Positions 9,843-19,857 of a stretch of 64,000 nucleotides of DNA are shown piece after piece. Position 1 is the stretch's first letter. Each line of letters starts with the position of its first letter. Below the pieces are notes generated by a model. The model was not told the DNA's origin and did not search any database. It was given only the letters and a program-made list of their open reading frames with translations. The stretch is taken from positions 96,001 through 160,000 of the forward strand of contig JAYZAL010000088.1 in assembly GCA_036339735.1 (NCBI GenBank), read 5' to 3'. This DNA comes from Candidatus Poribacteria bacterium. GTDB taxonomy: Bacteria; Poribacteria; WGA-4E; UBA9662. The position numbers and the translations under genes are program-made.

Positions 9843-10350
9843 CTTGCAATCTCCCTTGTCTAGAAATTAATTATAATTTTTATTGTTAAAGTAACCTGAA
9901 TTTCCACTCGATTCGCCAGCAGAATTTCTCTTTAAGTCCCCACATCATACTAAAAATGATAATTCTGGCCAAATTTCTTTGGATGATTTTCTGAATAACT
10001 AGAAACTGGAAACTAGAACCGCTAGCTTATAAGAATTAACCAATATCAAGTATCTAGTTTGAGATAGATGTAACCATGAGTTAATCATGATTCCTTAAAT
10101 ATCCTTATGGTAGGAAACATGACCGTAGGAACTACTAAGAAATCTCGGACATAAGATTTATCGACAATACATTACCCGTAGGGGTTTATAATTTTTTAGT
10201 TTATCTCATTATTCTTCTGTCGGGTGATCAAATAAATTTATCACTGAGCAATCCTCACGGTAACATCTTCTTAGATACTATCTTCGCATTCTATTTTATA
10301 TTTGAATGAGTTTAGCCTTGTGATTCAATCGTTTAAATGAGGAGCAAATT

Positions 10351-10842
10351 ATGAATGTATTTTACTTGGATCATGACACAAAAATCTGCGCTGAGTACCA
10401 CAACGATAAGCATTGTGTTAGGATGGTACTTGAATATGCCCAATTATTATCAACCGCACACAGAATTATTGATCGAGATATGGCAAATAGGTTCGTCTAT
10501 AAAGCAACCCACAAAAATCATCCATCTACGATTTGGGTTAGACAAAATCAGTCAAATTACGATTGGCTTTACAGCCTATTTGTTGACTTAGCTGAAGAAT
10601 ATACGTATCGGTATGGGAGAAAACATTTGAGTTATAAAAAACTCAAACATATTTTAGCTTATCCACCCAACAATATAGAGGAAGGTGCTTTCACACAACC
10701 GACCCCGGCTATGCCAGATCATTGCAAAATTCCAGGAGACTCACTCTCTTCTTATCGCCGTTATTACAAGCAAAATAAAAAACACATTTCTAAATGGACA
10801 AAAAGGCCAATTCCTAGTTGGTTCACCGATAACGTCGTATAG
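10351..10842 (+). CDS. Pyrimidine-dimer DNA glycosylase / T4 endonuclease V-like protein
   Basis: MNVFYLD...CAEYHNDKHCVRM.LE.AQLLSTAH, YK.THKNHPS..W.R, EY..RYG..H, AMPD, YR.YY...K; GAGGAG RBS. Confidence 0.75.
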   Translation: MNVFYLDHDTKICAEYHNDKHCVRMVLEYAQLLSTAHRIIDRDMANRFVYKATHKNHPSTIWVRQNQSNYDWLYSLFVDLAEEYTYRYGRKHLSYKKLKHILAYPPNNIEEGAFTQPTPAMPDHCKIPGDSLSSYRRYYKQNKKHISKWTKRPIPSWFTDNVV

Positions 10843-11218
10843 TCTTTTTGCCGACGATATTTCGTATAACCTCCAAAAAATTACCTAACGGTCGTTGAGA
10901 TCATGTAATGATTCAGTTGACAAAAGAGTTAGTATGCACATAATCAAAGAAGATTAGAGATAACCCCAATTAATTGATTATTGTAATTCATCAAGTAATA
11001 GATCTAGATTGTTTTACTACGAGTAGTAATATGAAAGATTGAAGTAGACAAGGTACCACTTGTAAACGCTTATGCTTAATTTTAGATTTGATACTCAGAA
11101 TAGAGATAATTCGGGTTTTCAATTATCTTTCGTGAAAAACTTGCTCATCAATGGTAATTCAATCAGACGGTTCTTTGAGAATATCGCTAGTTTTTAATTT
11201 CAATTCCGATGCACCTGC

Positions 11219-13153
11219 TCAGTTCGGAAATACGCGGTACATTGGAATGTCGAGCAGGGTACCAATGAGGCTAAAAATACTACCGCTTAAGTAGTCCCCC
11301 AGCAGCAGACCAATAAAAAATGGCATTGCTTTTCGGTATAGACGAATCCCACCGTACTGGAGAATAACCTTTTTTAGGCACCAAGACACAAACATTGGTG
11401 TCCAAATTAGGTCCATGTTAAAACTATGACCAACTGCATAACCAATTGGATGGATCGGCCACCACAAAAAGTGAGTACGTAAAAACATCAGAAGGAAGGT
11501 TGCTAAAATCCCACCACTGATAAAGGGTAAGCTACTGAAACCAATGTCAGTTGGAAAATCCAGCCAGTTTTGCAACTGGCGATATGGAATCAGCCCCATG
11601 TTCGTACGCCATGAGTTGACGTACGGTGTACCTGCCCCCTTAATATAATACATTCTGAGGATATTCCAGTAAGCAGCAATAATACCGACGATCATTGCCA
11701 ATACAATAATGCCTAACATAGATCGAGTTTCTATTTTACTGACTTTGCCAATTCGAAGACCTTCCAACTGGTGTGGCATCACTGCACAACGATAATCTAG
11801 ATTAAACCATTGAAAGTAAGCCAAAATAGTTAAGTCCCTTGGATTTAGTAATCTGGAACCAGCCACATGTACGATCAATTGTGGTGGATTTATATAGGGA
11901 CCAAAATTCCATATTACGCCACCTTCCGAGCGTATTCTTGTCAATCCAATCATATAAAACAGAAACAAAGATATAAAGATAATACCCACGATTAAGCGCA
12001 AGCCGGCCAAATAGGAAAAGGTTACTAGTACCAAAATGCCAATCAATAAACCTAACCAAGTATATCGCTCGTGAATAGGCTCATCCGAAGATTGACCCGA
12101 CCAGGCAATATAGAAGGTTTGAAGTAAATGTTTTCGACTGATCCACAAAGCCAAAAAAGCCAGTCCGAGCCATGCTCCAACGCCCTGCTCAAGAATGGCT
12201 GGATAACGACCAGTTGGCCCCCAAACGGATCCTCCTCCACTAATTAATGCGGCTCCCAACACTTGTTGTCCTTTGCGAAATAGAAAGAAAAACCAGCAAC
12301 TAAAAGAAATTTCAAGTGGAATGAAGTAAGTCAAACCAATGACACAAGGGTGAAAAGCCACCGGCAACCAACCTACCGCATTCCACGGCTTTTGACTAAA
12401 TAAGTGTCCAATATCAAAAGGCTTGACTTTTATATAAGGAAGATACGGATAGTAATACTGCAGCGAATTATTAATTTGTATAGTAGCAGCAATTAGGAAG
12501 CCAATCCACAGGTATCGATTTCTCAAGTAATCGCCGAAACGTTTCTCCCTGAGACTCAGTTCCACAGGCAACGTAGTGATGGGGAATGACAGCTGTTCTT
12601 GTTCTAACCATCTCTTCCGTAGAAGTACGTTAATACATAGCATGACCCACAGAAAAGAAAAGGTGAATCCACTCCAAGTCAGGATCGGAATCAGCCATGC
12701 TTTGAGATGGTCAACACGGTAAATAGTTGAATCGCCAAGATACAGTCGTTGAATTGCATCTTTACTTTGTGGCACGAACCAACTTGGTATATTAGGTAAA
12801 AAATCCCGCCAACTATTCTCCGGAGTTTCGTACCAGAATGGATTACACAATGCTGTAACCAGAAACCCGAACATACCAATACCATTGATGCTCATGCCGA
12901 TATTAAGCATGACAAAGATAGTTAGTATTTCGGCGGCCGAAAGAGCGGAATTAGGTACAATCTTTTCTAATACTGTATTAGTCAGTATTAAGAGAAACAA
13001 GATGAAAACGGAACCGATCAGAAGTGAAGTTGAGGTGATTTCAGTCACACCCGTAACCATCTCTGAGTTCGAAACCCAAAATGAGCTAGTAATAATTAGC
13101 AAAAGACCAATCAAAATTGACCTTTTAGTTGCCTTTTGCTCAAGGGTTTTCAT
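11219..13153 (-). CDS. DUF6785/DUF6784-type polytopic membrane protein (putative OPT-like transporter)
   Basis: 644 aa, highly hydrophobic; W.EQEQLSFP, TRIRSEGG, YRCAVMPHQLEG, WWPIHPIGY, YGG..LYRKA.PFF.GL..G. Confidence 0.75.
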   Translation of the reverse strand: MKTLEQKATKRSILIGLLLIITSSFWVSNSEMVTGVTEITSTSLLIGSVFILFLLILTNTVLEKIVPNSALSAAEILTIFVMLNIGMSINGIGMFGFLVTALCNPFWYETPENSWRDFLPNIPSWFVPQSKDAIQRLYLGDSTIYRVDHLKAWLIPILTWSGFTFSFLWVMLCINVLLRKRWLEQEQLSFPITTLPVELSLREKRFGDYLRNRYLWIGFLIAATIQINNSLQYYYPYLPYIKVKPFDIGHLFSQKPWNAVGWLPVAFHPCVIGLTYFIPLEISFSCWFFFLFRKGQQVLGAALISGGGSVWGPTGRYPAILEQGVGAWLGLAFLALWISRKHLLQTFYIAWSGQSSDEPIHERYTWLGLLIGILVLVTFSYLAGLRLIVGIIFISLFLFYMIGLTRIRSEGGVIWNFGPYINPPQLIVHVAGSRLLNPRDLTILAYFQWFNLDYRCAVMPHQLEGLRIGKVSKIETRSMLGIIVLAMIVGIIAAYWNILRMYYIKGAGTPYVNSWRTNMGLIPYRQLQNWLDFPTDIGFSSLPFISGGILATFLLMFLRTHFLWWPIHPIGYAVGHSFNMDLIWTPMFVSWCLKKVILQYGGIRLYRKAMPFFIGLLLGDYLSGSIFSLIGTLLDIPMYRVFPN

Positions 13154-13567
13154 GTTTTATGTACGACCAAATAGATGCGACAACCAAGCAACCTTAGCTT
13201 AATAGGATTGTACACTTATTCCTTTTTTAATCTGCTTAAACCTATCCCGACAGTATAAATCACTTATAGCATTAATGGGAATTATTTGATCGTAGGTCTG
13301 TGAATCCACAAATCTAAGACTTTGATTCTAAGTTCGTGAAATTTGGCCGGTTCAAAAACAATACAAGATTATCCGATGAATAGAATACTTGGTAGATCTA
13401 CATACCAACAGTACAACAATAGTCTAGTACTCTTCCGATATCGAAAGTAATACGAGATATTGAAAATCAAAGATATCTCATAACGTACTCCCATACAGAA
13501 GTTTATAACCTTTTAGGCTACCTATATTATTTAGCATTAAACCCAACTCAAGCCAATTTCTTAGGTC

Positions 13568-13596
13568 TTTACAGCAGCATCAGTTCTTGATAGAAT
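13568..13596 (+). promoter_or_regulatory. Sigma70-type promoter for the Gfo/Idh/MocA gene
   Basis: TTTACA-17 nt-TAGAAT with extended -10 TG. Confidence 0.55.
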
Positions 13597-13679
13597 CAAA
13601 ATATGCGTCCTGCCAATTTGTAAACAAATTCACTACTTAGCTATCCTGTATTAACCTGCGCAACTAATAAGGATCAACT

Positions 13680-14840
13680 ATGAAAAATGAATTTTACCGT
13701 GTAGCAATTTTGGGGTGTCGTAGCCGAGGCCGAGCAGCAGCTCTAGCCTACCATGACCATCCTCGTACTAAGATTGTTGGTCTCTGTGATTTAATTCAAG
13801 ACCGCCTTACTGAATTGGGAAACGAGCTTAGCATAACAGCCCAATACACAAATTTGGGTCGAATGATTGAAGAAACTAAGCCTGATATTGTGGTAATTGC
13901 AACCGGTACAGAGTTTCACTATGATCTTTGTATGCAAGTTCTAGAATATGGGGTTCATATTGAGGTTGAAAAGCCGATGTGTGTTGACTTAGTTCAGGCT
14001 GATGAGGTAATAAGCAAAGCAGAATTAAAGAAATGCAAGATAGCGGTTCACCATCAAGGCCGCGTAGGTCCTGCAATGTTAGCTCTACAGAAGGCTATTG
14101 ACCAAGAGAAAATTGGCGAAATTCGTTATCTATACGGAAGTGGTAAAGGATACTACGGTGGTTATGGACTAATGAACATTGGTACTCATATGATAAATAA
14201 CATGCTCCGGTTCACCCATCAATGCCAAAGTGTTGTCGCTCATACGACGACTAATGGTCGGTCGATTGAAACGAAAGATGTTTTAGCATCTCCAAGTGGC
14301 ATGGGTACGATTACCGGAGAATATATTTCAGCCAGTTTTCAGTTTTCTAGTAATGTTACGGGAACACTTTTACAGCACCGATTTGACAAAATGGATACCA
14401 GCGCTTACGTAATGGAAATTTACGGTTCTGAAGGGCGTTTATTCTGGAGATCCAATCAAGCTTGGTGGCTACCTCAACCTCATTATGTTCCTGGCATGAA
14501 ATGGGAACCCTTAGACCCAATTTTTCCTAAATGTTATCAGCCAGGAAATCTATCGGATGCCGACGATTTTAGTTTTGTCGATGAGTATGTACGAGCACTT
14601 GATAATGATGACCAGCATGAGTGTAGCGGTTATCAAGGCCGACATGTTTTAGAAATTATGATGGGAATCTTTGAATCGTCTACCGATGGAACTAGAGTAA
14701 ATCTGCCTCAAGTAGATCGACAACATCCACTCTTGCGCTGGAGCGCTGACAGCAGTTCAAACGAGAAGAGTGGAAATTTGGAATCGCTACCACGAGACTA
14801 TCCATCATGGCTCTCAAAACTAGGAATTAATAGCTTCTAA
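13680..14840 (+). CDS. Gfo/Idh/MocA family NAD(P)-dependent oxidoreductase
   Basis: VAILGC...G Rossmann start, PDIVVIAT..E.H, EKPM, NIGTH. Confidence 0.9.
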   Translation: MKNEFYRVAILGCRSRGRAAALAYHDHPRTKIVGLCDLIQDRLTELGNELSITAQYTNLGRMIEETKPDIVVIATGTEFHYDLCMQVLEYGVHIEVEKPMCVDLVQADEVISKAELKKCKIAVHHQGRVGPAMLALQKAIDQEKIGEIRYLYGSGKGYYGGYGLMNIGTHMINNMLRFTHQCQSVVAHTTTNGRSIETKDVLASPSGMGTITGEYISASFQFSSNVTGTLLQHRFDKMDTSAYVMEIYGSEGRLFWRSNQAWWLPQPHYVPGMKWEPLDPIFPKCYQPGNLSDADDFSFVDEYVRALDNDDQHECSGYQGRHVLEIMMGIFESSTDGTRVNLPQVDRQHPLLRWSADSSSNEKSGNLESLPRDYPSWLSKLGINSF

Positions 14841-15080
14841 TTATTGAATTTAAGCACCCTTCGTAGAGAATATTAGATAAATACAGAAATAGAGTTGGGA
14901 AAACAATTCTATCAAGACTGTCACGTTCTGAAAAACAATATTAGGATCATGTATGATATAAATTTGTTTGAAGTAGGACTGGTTACGATTGCAAACAAAT
15001 TGGATCGATTATAATCCTAATTTCTATCGAAGAATTCAATTACACAATATTGCAAGTTAATTTTGGGTCTATGCTTGATC

Positions 15081-15109
15081 TTGCAGGAAAGACGAATAGA
15101 TGGTACGAT
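15081..15109 (+). promoter_or_regulatory. Sigma70-type promoter for the tandem secreted-protein pair
   Basis: TTGCAG-17 nt-TACGAT with extended -10 TG; followed by palindrome ctgaca-tct-tgtcag (15116-15130). Confidence 0.5.
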
Positions 15110-15238
15110 TTTGCGCTGACATCTTGTCAGTATTTCGGTCTAGGTGTGCTGGCTAAATCTTAGTATGATTTACTCATTCTCTATTTAGACCTAACTAAAT
15201 TTAAAACTTTAAAAACGAAATTTTTCTGTAGGAGACTA

Positions 15239-15952
15239 ATGCACATGAAAAATAATATTATGTTGATCTTGGCAGGATTTCTATTATTGGTCAGCACAAT
15301 GACCAATATAGAAGCCGGGGTAAAAGTCCCAGGAACAATAATAGGAACAGGTACCAAAGCTTTATTAGGAGGAGACCTGACTGATCCAGAAGATGATGGC
15401 GCACCTGAAGAAGATACAAATTACAATGCCAAATTCACCTCCAGTGATGAGCCAGGATTTGGAGGAGGAGAATTTGCCTTTAATGTATTTGATAATATAC
15501 TTGGGCCAGGAAATGACAAGTGGTGTTGCGGTAAAGGTGGCATAGGAGATGGCGAAGGTATGCATATAACGGCCGAACTTGATGCTCCACATTTATTGAC
15601 ACATTTTACTTTATCTTCAGCCAACGACGTTCCTGATAGAGACCCTACAACTTGGGAAGTTCAAGGATCGAATGATGGCAAAAAATTTACAACCATCTTT
15701 TCTTATGATGGCGATAACCTTTTTACTGATCGGCTTCAGGTCATTCGTTTCGATGCAGGAGAAGACTTCGATGCACAAACCACCGGGTATCGATTTTTCA
15801 GACATATCACTTTCAAAACAGCTAATTGGCCAAACGGAGCTTTCTTTCAAATTGGTGAAATTGAGTATTTTGGCACCCCAGCTGACGATACTGCTGTGAA
15901 TCCTAAGTCCAAGCTTGCAACACAGTGGGGAATATTGAAAAATAATCGGTAA
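15239..15952 (+). CDS. Secreted galactose-binding-like (discoidin/F5-8 type C-like) domain protein, copy 1, with C-terminal tag
   Basis: Signal peptide; NVFDN...KWCC, FTLSSANDVPDRDP..W.VQGSNDG, YRFFR, QIGEIE; ends AVNPKSKLATQWGILKNNR. Confidence 0.75.
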   Translation: MHMKNNIMLILAGFLLLVSTMTNIEAGVKVPGTIIGTGTKALLGGDLTDPEDDGAPEEDTNYNAKFTSSDEPGFGGGEFAFNVFDNILGPGNDKWCCGKGGIGDGEGMHITAELDAPHLLTHFTLSSANDVPDRDPTTWEVQGSNDGKKFTTIFSYDGDNLFTDRLQVIRFDAGEDFDAQTTGYRFFRHITFKTANWPNGAFFQIGEIEYFGTPADDTAVNPKSKLATQWGILKNNR

Positions 15953-15983
15953 ACCTTGTAAAACAATAGTGTTTACTATCTAT

Positions 15984-16023
15984 ACAAGATTGAGGTGAAA
16001 ATAACTAATCACCTCAATCTTGT
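15984..16023 (+). terminator. 15-bp perfect hairpin between the tandem paralogs (terminator or mRNA stabiliser)
   Basis: acaagattgaggtga (15984-15998) / tcacctcaatcttgt (16009-16023). Confidence 0.6.
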
Positions 16024-16071
16024 CTTAGTTGGCACTTATTTTCAAACTTATTTTATGGGAGTCAATTACGA

Positions 16072-16755
16072 GTGAAAGTTAATATTTCGATGTTGTTAGT
16101 GGTTTTACTATTGGTCTCTGTTGTTGATATTTCTATTGCTGAAAAGGACTTAGGTACAGGTACAGACTCACTTCTAGGAGGAGACCTAACTGACCCAGAA
16201 GACGATGGAAAGCCAGAACAAGATAAAAATTACAATGCTAAATTTACTTCTAATGATGAACCTGGTTTCGGAGGAGGAGAATTTGCATTTAACGTATTTG
16301 ATAATGTTCTTGGGCCAAGCAATGATAAATGGTGTTGTGGTAAAGGCGGTGGTGCCAAAGAAGGAATGTGGGTAACTGCAGAATTTGATAAGAAATATGC
16401 ATTGACTCATTTTACCGTATCATCAGCTAATGATGTTCCTGCTAGAGATCCACTGGTATGGGAAGTTCAAGGATCAAACGATGGCAAGAAATTCACTACT
16501 ATTTACTCACATGACGAGAAGAAACCCATTTGGACTCAGAGGCTTCAAGTCATCCGTTTCGACGCGGGAAAAGACTTCAAAAAGCAAACCGTCGGATACA
16601 AATTCTTCCGTCATATTACCACTGAAACTCAATCTTGGCCGAATGGAGCCTACTTCCAGATTGGTGAAATTGAATACTTTGGTGATACGAATTTTCCAGT
16701 AGACCCTAAATCCAAACTAACAAGTTCATGGGGAAGGATCAAAAGTAATCGATAG
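16072..16755 (+). CDS. Secreted galactose-binding-like (discoidin-like) domain protein, copy 2, with C-terminal tag
   Basis: Close paralog of 15239-15952; GTG start, GGGAG RBS; ends PVDPKSKLTSSWGRIKSNR. Confidence 0.75.
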   Translation: MKVNISMLLVVLLLVSVVDISIAEKDLGTGTDSLLGGDLTDPEDDGKPEQDKNYNAKFTSNDEPGFGGGEFAFNVFDNVLGPSNDKWCCGKGGGAKEGMWVTAEFDKKYALTHFTVSSANDVPARDPLVWEVQGSNDGKKFTTIYSHDEKKPIWTQRLQVIRFDAGKDFKKQTVGYKFFRHITTETQSWPNGAYFQIGEIEYFGDTNFPVDPKSKLTSSWGRIKSNR

Positions 16756-16852
16756 GCACTGCTAACTAGAGCTTGTCTAAAAACTCTGGCTGTGTCCTTC
16801 TATTGTAGGCATGGTGTCATTGTTTGTTTAATGATTAACAACTTCAGCACGG

Positions 16853-16885
16853 AAGGGACCTGTTCTATTAACGGGTCCCTTTTTT
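16853..16885 (+). terminator. Rho-independent terminator
   Basis: aagggacctgtt-ctatt-aacgggtccctt followed by a T-run. Confidence 0.8.
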
Positions 16886-16922
16886 GATTCTACGAAAAGA
16901 TTCTCTTAAAAGCTAAACTCAC

Positions 16923-17490
16923 CGGATCAGATATTTGAGGAATTCGAGCAAGGTCATTTTGAGTGAAGTTAATCTGCTTGTCCCCTATCTCATTTTTAAA
17001 CCACCGCGTTTGTTTTCTTCGTCTTGGTAACATTTATGTTATCTAAAACAAGAGAATGGATATTCCGATAGTTAAAGGAATAGTATGTTGGCCCAAAAAG
17101 ACACGTTAATTGGTCAGATTCAGCCTCTTCCATAGCTACTAATTAAGTCATACCAAGAGATTCTTGGTAAGGTTCCTCGAATAAATCGAAACAATCAAAT
17201 GCGATATACCTTCGAGAGTAACTCCAAATTTGGTATCCGTCCTAGTAATTCTTTCTAAAACTTCACGTGCTATGTAATCCCCTTCGGTTTAATTAGCAGG
17301 ATTGTGGATCGACAAACAAAATTGACTTGAATAATTCTGGTACTTTTTATCTAATTAGAGAAAACTCAATATATTTAGGCCATGGACCTGTTGGTGACAT
17401 ACGAAGATGTTTTAAATGATCCGGTGATCCATTTGGCTTATGTATGCAGTAGAACTAAGGCAACTGATTTTCATTCAGTAGACAAGCCCA
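16923..17490 (+). pseudogene. Degraded sulfotransferase-like pseudogene
   Basis: One stop-interrupted frame carries KVILSEVNL (16950), GIRPSNSF and DLLVTYEDVLNDPVIHLAYVC (17385-17447), in the order expected for the LSE.HP / RHP.DS / YED..DP...L..IC motifs of sulfotransferase-like proteins. Confidence 0.4.
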
Positions 17491-17830
17491 ATCTTTCGGA
17501 TTGATTATAAGAATAATTGTGTCGCTGGTAATTGAAAGTTGATCAATGCCCGTCTAATCAGTTCCCATTATATTTTTTCCATTTGAAACACTAATTTCTT
17601 CCAGTAAATTCTCCCCCGAATCATACTTTTATCCTCATCCTCAAAAACTCTACCAGTAGCTGTCCGATTTTCAACATGATCTAGCAACGTAAAACACAAG
17701 AAAATTACAAGTTATTATAATAAATTATTTCATTCGAATATCCTCTTTGGGATTGCTGGATGAAAATAAATTTATTTCTAACATGTATCGTATTCCGGCG
17801 TTCGAAAAACTCATTTAAGTTTATGTTAAT

Positions 17831-18997
17831 TTACTTTCTAGAAAAATTCCATCTTTTGAAGATTAATCGAAAATCTTGAAGGATACGTTTTTTACTCAGA
17901 CCAAATTGAACAAGAGAATACTGGTGCCTACTTATATAGCGTGAGCTGTTCTCCATTATCTGTTTTACTTCTTGATCATAAACTGATGAATACTCGAGAT
18001 CTAATTGATGGTAGATACGTTTGATTTCGTTCCGAGGGTCATTACGAAATTCATCATAATTTAAAATTTTATACCGATTTTCTTTGTAGGCTGTGAGTTT
18101 AGTCAACGGATAGTGGTACCAATGACGAATCATTTCCATCGTGCTTTCAAAAATAGGAGTCCTATTTTTAAAGACTCCTTCATTAACGTTAGCCAAGTGA
18201 GTACATAAGTACTGGAATACACTCAGATTAGAGGGAATTGTACTAATTGGATTACGGATAATTAAAATAAAACGAGATTCTGGCAAGAACGTCATTATAG
18301 ATTCAATACGAGGACAAAAATGAGGATTTTTAGATAAAAAACTTTTGTTGGGTCCAAAAACATATAGGTGCCGACGGACGCAATTCTTGTAAAATTCCAT
18401 TTGCTTTTTTCTAATACTATAAGGCACTTCCTGATCATAGTAGATATAAGGTTTAAAATCTTCCTGATAAGGAAATAAATAGATTAAGAAAAAGCTAGAA
18501 AACTGGTGAAGAAATATCGCTTCGTCTTCTTCCATGTCGAACCAAGATAACTGATGAAGTTGATGTAGGTTTTTAAACCACCAAGACTCAAAATTCGCCA
18601 TCAATTGAAAAATAGAAGAACCGAACAGACGGTCCAACCGACCTAAAAATAAGAAAATGTACTTCTGGCAAATGGCTGGAGCAACGCATACTTCCCAAAG
18701 GCTCATACCTGTAAATTGGGCATGGTCTTTCGAAATAATTCTTTGCAGAAAAGTTGTACCGCTTCTTGGCACACCGATGATAAAGAGCGGTTTAACTTCG
18801 ATCTTTTTATAACTATTAAAGAAAATATCGTCGAGATAAAAGCATATCCAGTTAAATATCTGTTGAGGTATAAACCAAATTGAGAAAAGGAAAAGTACGA
18901 ATAATTGCTTAAAACGTGGCTTATTTGGTTGCCGAATTGTGTCTGAGAAAAGTTTAGACATCAAGGTTATAAAAAACCGGTAATTAAATACATTCAT
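17831..18997 (-). CDS. PAPS-dependent sulfotransferase (Sulfotransfer_3/Stf3-like)
   Basis: PLFIIGVPRSGTTFL P-loop, EEDE, LSKNP, IIRNP..TIPS, YDEF..DP. Confidence 0.85.
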   Translation of the reverse strand: MNVFNYRFFITLMSKLFSDTIRQPNKPRFKQLFVLFLFSIWFIPQQIFNWICFYLDDIFFNSYKKIEVKPLFIIGVPRSGTTFLQRIISKDHAQFTGMSLWEVCVAPAICQKYIFLFLGRLDRLFGSSIFQLMANFESWWFKNLHQLHQLSWFDMEEDEAIFLHQFSSFFLIYLFPYQEDFKPYIYYDQEVPYSIRKKQMEFYKNCVRRHLYVFGPNKSFLSKNPHFCPRIESIMTFLPESRFILIIRNPISTIPSNLSVFQYLCTHLANVNEGVFKNRTPIFESTMEMIRHWYHYPLTKLTAYKENRYKILNYDEFRNDPRNEIKRIYHQLDLEYSSVYDQEVKQIMENSSRYISRHQYSLVQFGLSKKRILQDFRLIFKRWNFSRK

Positions 18998-19184
18998 CTA
19001 GTCTGGTAGGTATGTTCGCACTTTCTCTTGATTTCATTTAGTTAATTTGTAGATTCATCACAGTAGGAAACAACTAATACCCTTGATGACAGCACCAGTT
19101 CAAGAGGATAAAAGAAAGAATAATGTTTTATTGTGAAAAGAATAAATTTAGGTTACAAAAAAATACGATCTAGTTTTGTCTGCA

Positions 19185-19530
19185 CTCTGAATTAATTATT
19201 TTTCTGGTTATGAATAGAACGGACATAAGATGATAAGCGGCTTTTGTCTATCGTCTTTGGGCTAAATTAAATATAAAAATATCAAAAGAACAAAGGATAT
19301 CACACTCGAAAATATAGAGCATTAGTTGTACCAAAATAATTTACTCGATATCGAATGATCGTAGTTTCTGTTTTGCTAAATTGATTTAATTATGAACACT
19401 AGGTCGTTTAGATGATTAGCACAATTAGTTTGGTAGCTGTTTATCAACTATTGGCGGTCAAGCCTTAGGGGTCAAATAACCAAAACAGAAGAGTGCAAAA
19501 TCAATGCTAATTTTTTACTGGTAAATCAAG
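19185..19530. repeat. Diverged non-coding repeat, copy A
   Basis: Collinear shared blocks with 34063-34400, including identical aatttactcgatatc (19338-19352 vs 34219-34233), gcattagtt, aagcctt and aaaacagaNgagtg. Confidence 0.75.
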
Positions 19531-19857
19531 TGGTCTATCTTGACAAGAAAATTTATGACGATAGTCTCTTAGTTCAAATACTATCGATCCTGGCGCCTAT
19601 GGTAAACCAAAAGTATAAGCTAACACCTAATGTAGACCTGTGCTTTTCCAACATAATACTGACTTAATAACTAACAGAAACTGATTATCTTTTCTAAATA
19701 TATGGATAATGTTCATAGAATGATACTATCGCAGAATTGGTTGAGTTTTCTACAAAAAACTATAGGTCAATCAGGGTAAAATGAAATCTATTTTAAGATA
19801 AGCTGAAAACAAAATCATATCCAGGCAGAGGTGGAATCATAATCTATTTGGTCCCAC

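Noticed and set aside
10917-10944. TTGACA-16-CATAAT promoter-like sequence
   Set aside because: No downstream + strand gene and suboptimal spacing; plausible by chance in AT-rich DNA
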